Below, piece after piece: positions 24,292 through 25,613 of a DNA stretch of 25,613 bases. Under the pieces are notes generated by a model. That model had not been told where the DNA came from and did no database searches. It saw only the letters and a list, made by a program, of their open reading frames with translations. Origin of the DNA: Solirubrobacteraceae bacterium (lineage in GTDB: Bacteria; Actinomycetota; Thermoleophilia; Solirubrobacterales; Solirubrobacteraceae); NCBI GenBank assembly GCA_035551055.1, contig DASZOA010000051.1, forward strand, positions 1 through 25,613, in the 5' to 3' direction. A program made the translations under genes and the position numbers. The first letter of the stretch is position 1. Each line of letters opens with the position of its first letter.

Positions 24292-24837
24292 TCAGACCTT
24301 CGCCTTCGCCCACTCCTTCTTGTTGACGCGCTTGGCGGCCTGGTACTCCGCCAGCGCCCGCGGGGAGTCGACGTCGCCCAGCGTCGGATGCCACGGCACG
24401 AGGCCCTGGGCGGCGTCGATCCCGAAGCGCTTGGCCAGCACCGCGCCGAGCGCCTTGATCTTCATCTCGCCGAAGCCCGGCAGCGCCTCGAGGTTGGCGC
24501 GCAGCGCAGCGGTGTCGGCGGCGTCGGTCCAGACCCGCGCGGCGTCGCCGTCGTAGGTGTCGCGCACGTGGACGGCGAGGTCGCGCACGCGCTGGGCCAT
24601 CGCGCGCGGGTAGCGATGGATCGCCGGCCGCTGGGCGAACACCGGCTCGAGGTCGGCCTCGGCGAGCGTCGCGGCGTCGAGCGCTCCGAGCCGCCGCTCG
24701 AGCTCGAGCGGCCCGGAGAACGCCTTCTGGACGGTCACCTGCTGGTCGAGCACGAAGCCGACGAGGAGCGCCATCGGGTCGCGCGCGATCAGCTCGTTGG
24801 CCTCGTCGGAGTCGGTGAAGTGCAGGCGTTCGGGCAC
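24292..24837 (-). CDS. HhH-GPD-type base-excision-repair-like protein, about 181 aa (alternative GTG at 24867 overlapping the upstream stop)
   Basis: L.FT..DEA..L.A.DP.ALL.GF.LDQQV....AF.GP, PA.HR.P..MA.R, LPGFG..K...L.A.L.K, DVDS..AL..YQ..K...K. Matches the short actinobacterial HhH-GPD family. Confidence 0.85.
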   Translation of the reverse strand: MPERLHFTDSDEANELIARDPMALLVGFVLDQQVTVQKAFSGPLELERRLGALDAATLAEADLEPVFAQRPAIHRYPRAMAQRVRDLAVHVRDTYDGDAARVWTDAADTAALRANLEALPGFGEMKIKALGAVLAKRFGIDAAQGLVPWHPTLGDVDSPRALAEYQAAKRVNKKEWAKAKV

Positions 24838-24863
24838 TGCAACGCGATCGTAGTGCAGGCGCG

Positions 24864-25463
24864 TCACCGCGCGGCGTCCAGCCGCTCGAGCTCGGCGCGC
24901 GCGAGCGCGCCGTGGCGCCCTTCCGCCAGATCGCGCCACGGCTGGTCGCTGACCTGCGAGAGGCTGTGGTAGGAGAGCGTCTGCAGCGCCCGCCGCGCGA
25001 GGAACTCCTCGAAGGCCGGGTCCTCGCCGCCCCGCCGCGCCGCGCCGCGCAGGGCCTCGGACTCGCGCCGCAGGGCGAGCCGCAGCGGCACGTAGAAGCC
25101 GAGCACGGGGATCGACGGGATGACGGCGACCGCGATGCCCAGCAGCCAGCTGAGCGTCTCGATGTGCTCGCGGCTCGAGCGGCCGCTGCTGACGGCACTG
25201 CCTCCGGCCTGCTCGATCTCCGCGGCGGTCTCGCCGACGTCGTCCGGCACGAAGGGCGCCTCGCCGAGGCTGCGCAGCGTCGCGCCGGTCTTCTCGAGCG
25301 CGTCGCCGGTCACGCGCACGGTGGCGCTGAGGTCCCGCAGGCCCGCCACGTTGATCGCGACGAGGATCCCGACGACGACCCACAGCGCCGCCCAGCCGGC
25401 GAGCAGCACGTCGAGCAGCAGCAATCCGCGCCCGCGCGGCAACAGCTGATGGAGCGCCGTCAT
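24864..25463 (-). CDS. Conserved hypothetical membrane protein, 199 aa
   Basis: N-terminal TM (W.ALW..VG), helical linker, second TM (LG..VAVIP..P.L..Y.P.R), C-terminal FLA.RAL..L.Y..L...S..PW.DL..G....LA..EL.RL. GC3-rich codon usage. Confidence 0.75.
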   Translation of the reverse strand: MTALHQLLPRGRGLLLLDVLLAGWAALWVVVGILVAINVAGLRDLSATVRVTGDALEKTGATLRSLGEAPFVPDDVGETAAEIEQAGGSAVSSGRSSREHIETLSWLLGIAVAVIPSIPVLGFYVPLRLALRRESEALRGAARRGGEDPAFEEFLARRALQTLSYHSLSQVSDQPWRDLAEGRHGALARAELERLDAAR

Positions 25464-25613
25464 CGCCCGTGGGGCGTCGACATGCGCTCAGGGCTTCCCA
25501 CGGCGAGCGCGCGCTACGCGAGCGCCACGCTGCTACGTCAGCCCGCGCACACGCGGCCCCCGCCACAACCGCGCCCCCAAGCCGCTCGCCCGCGCCACCG
25601 GCCGCCCCACCGC

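Noticed and set aside
25460-25483. 7-codon uORF MSTPHGR overlapping the membrane protein ATG
   Set aside because: Too short, with no SD or distinctive codons. Such ATGA overlaps arise easily by chance.
1-25613. CRISPR arrays, tRNA/rRNA, IS elements, integrases, defence systems
   Set aside because: By eye I saw no regularly spaced repeats, tRNA cloverleaf/TTCGA-type arms, transposase or integrase motifs, or low-GC island. The SNF2 helicase lacks neighbouring methylase or nuclease genes typical of defence loci.

Overview
Very GC-rich (visually about 75%) chromosomal window from an actinobacterium. The gene set and motif style suggest Thermoleophilia/Solirubrobacterales (inference; no search was run). 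I found no rRNA, tRNA, CRISPR array, transposase or integrase. There are about 25 CDSs. Left part: 3' end of purU, a FetAB-like ABC pair, an aeRF1/baeRF-family release-factor homolog, a YeeE/YedE pair, an overlapping comA + ATP-grasp pair, an orphan PilB/GspE ATPase, a degenerate RsbW-like protein, a SMARCAL1-like SNF2 helicase and a 2-hydroxyacid dehydrogenase. Middle (about 11.4-21.8 kb): a block of predicted secreted envelope enzymes, namely a coiled-coil/Rpf-like transglycosylase, two SGNH proteins, an alpha/beta hydrolase, a PG-binding NlpC/P60-like protein under a c-di-AMP (ydaO) riboswitch, an M28 aminopeptidase and a copper-radical oxidase with two Ig-like repeats, plus two small membrane-protein ORFs. 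Right part: LysR with a divergent BBE-like FAD oxidase, a HhH-GPD protein and a membrane protein. Best leads: (i) the comA/ATP-grasp/YeeE sulfur module with no comB; (ii) a release-factor homolog lacking the catalytic Gln behind a SigB/SigF-type promoter (candidate Balon-like hibernation factor); (iii) an Rpf + SGNH cell-wall module near a variant c-di-AMP riboswitch; (iv) a 31-aa membrane peptide missed by the ORF track that shares a sigma28-like promoter motif with the orphan pilB.
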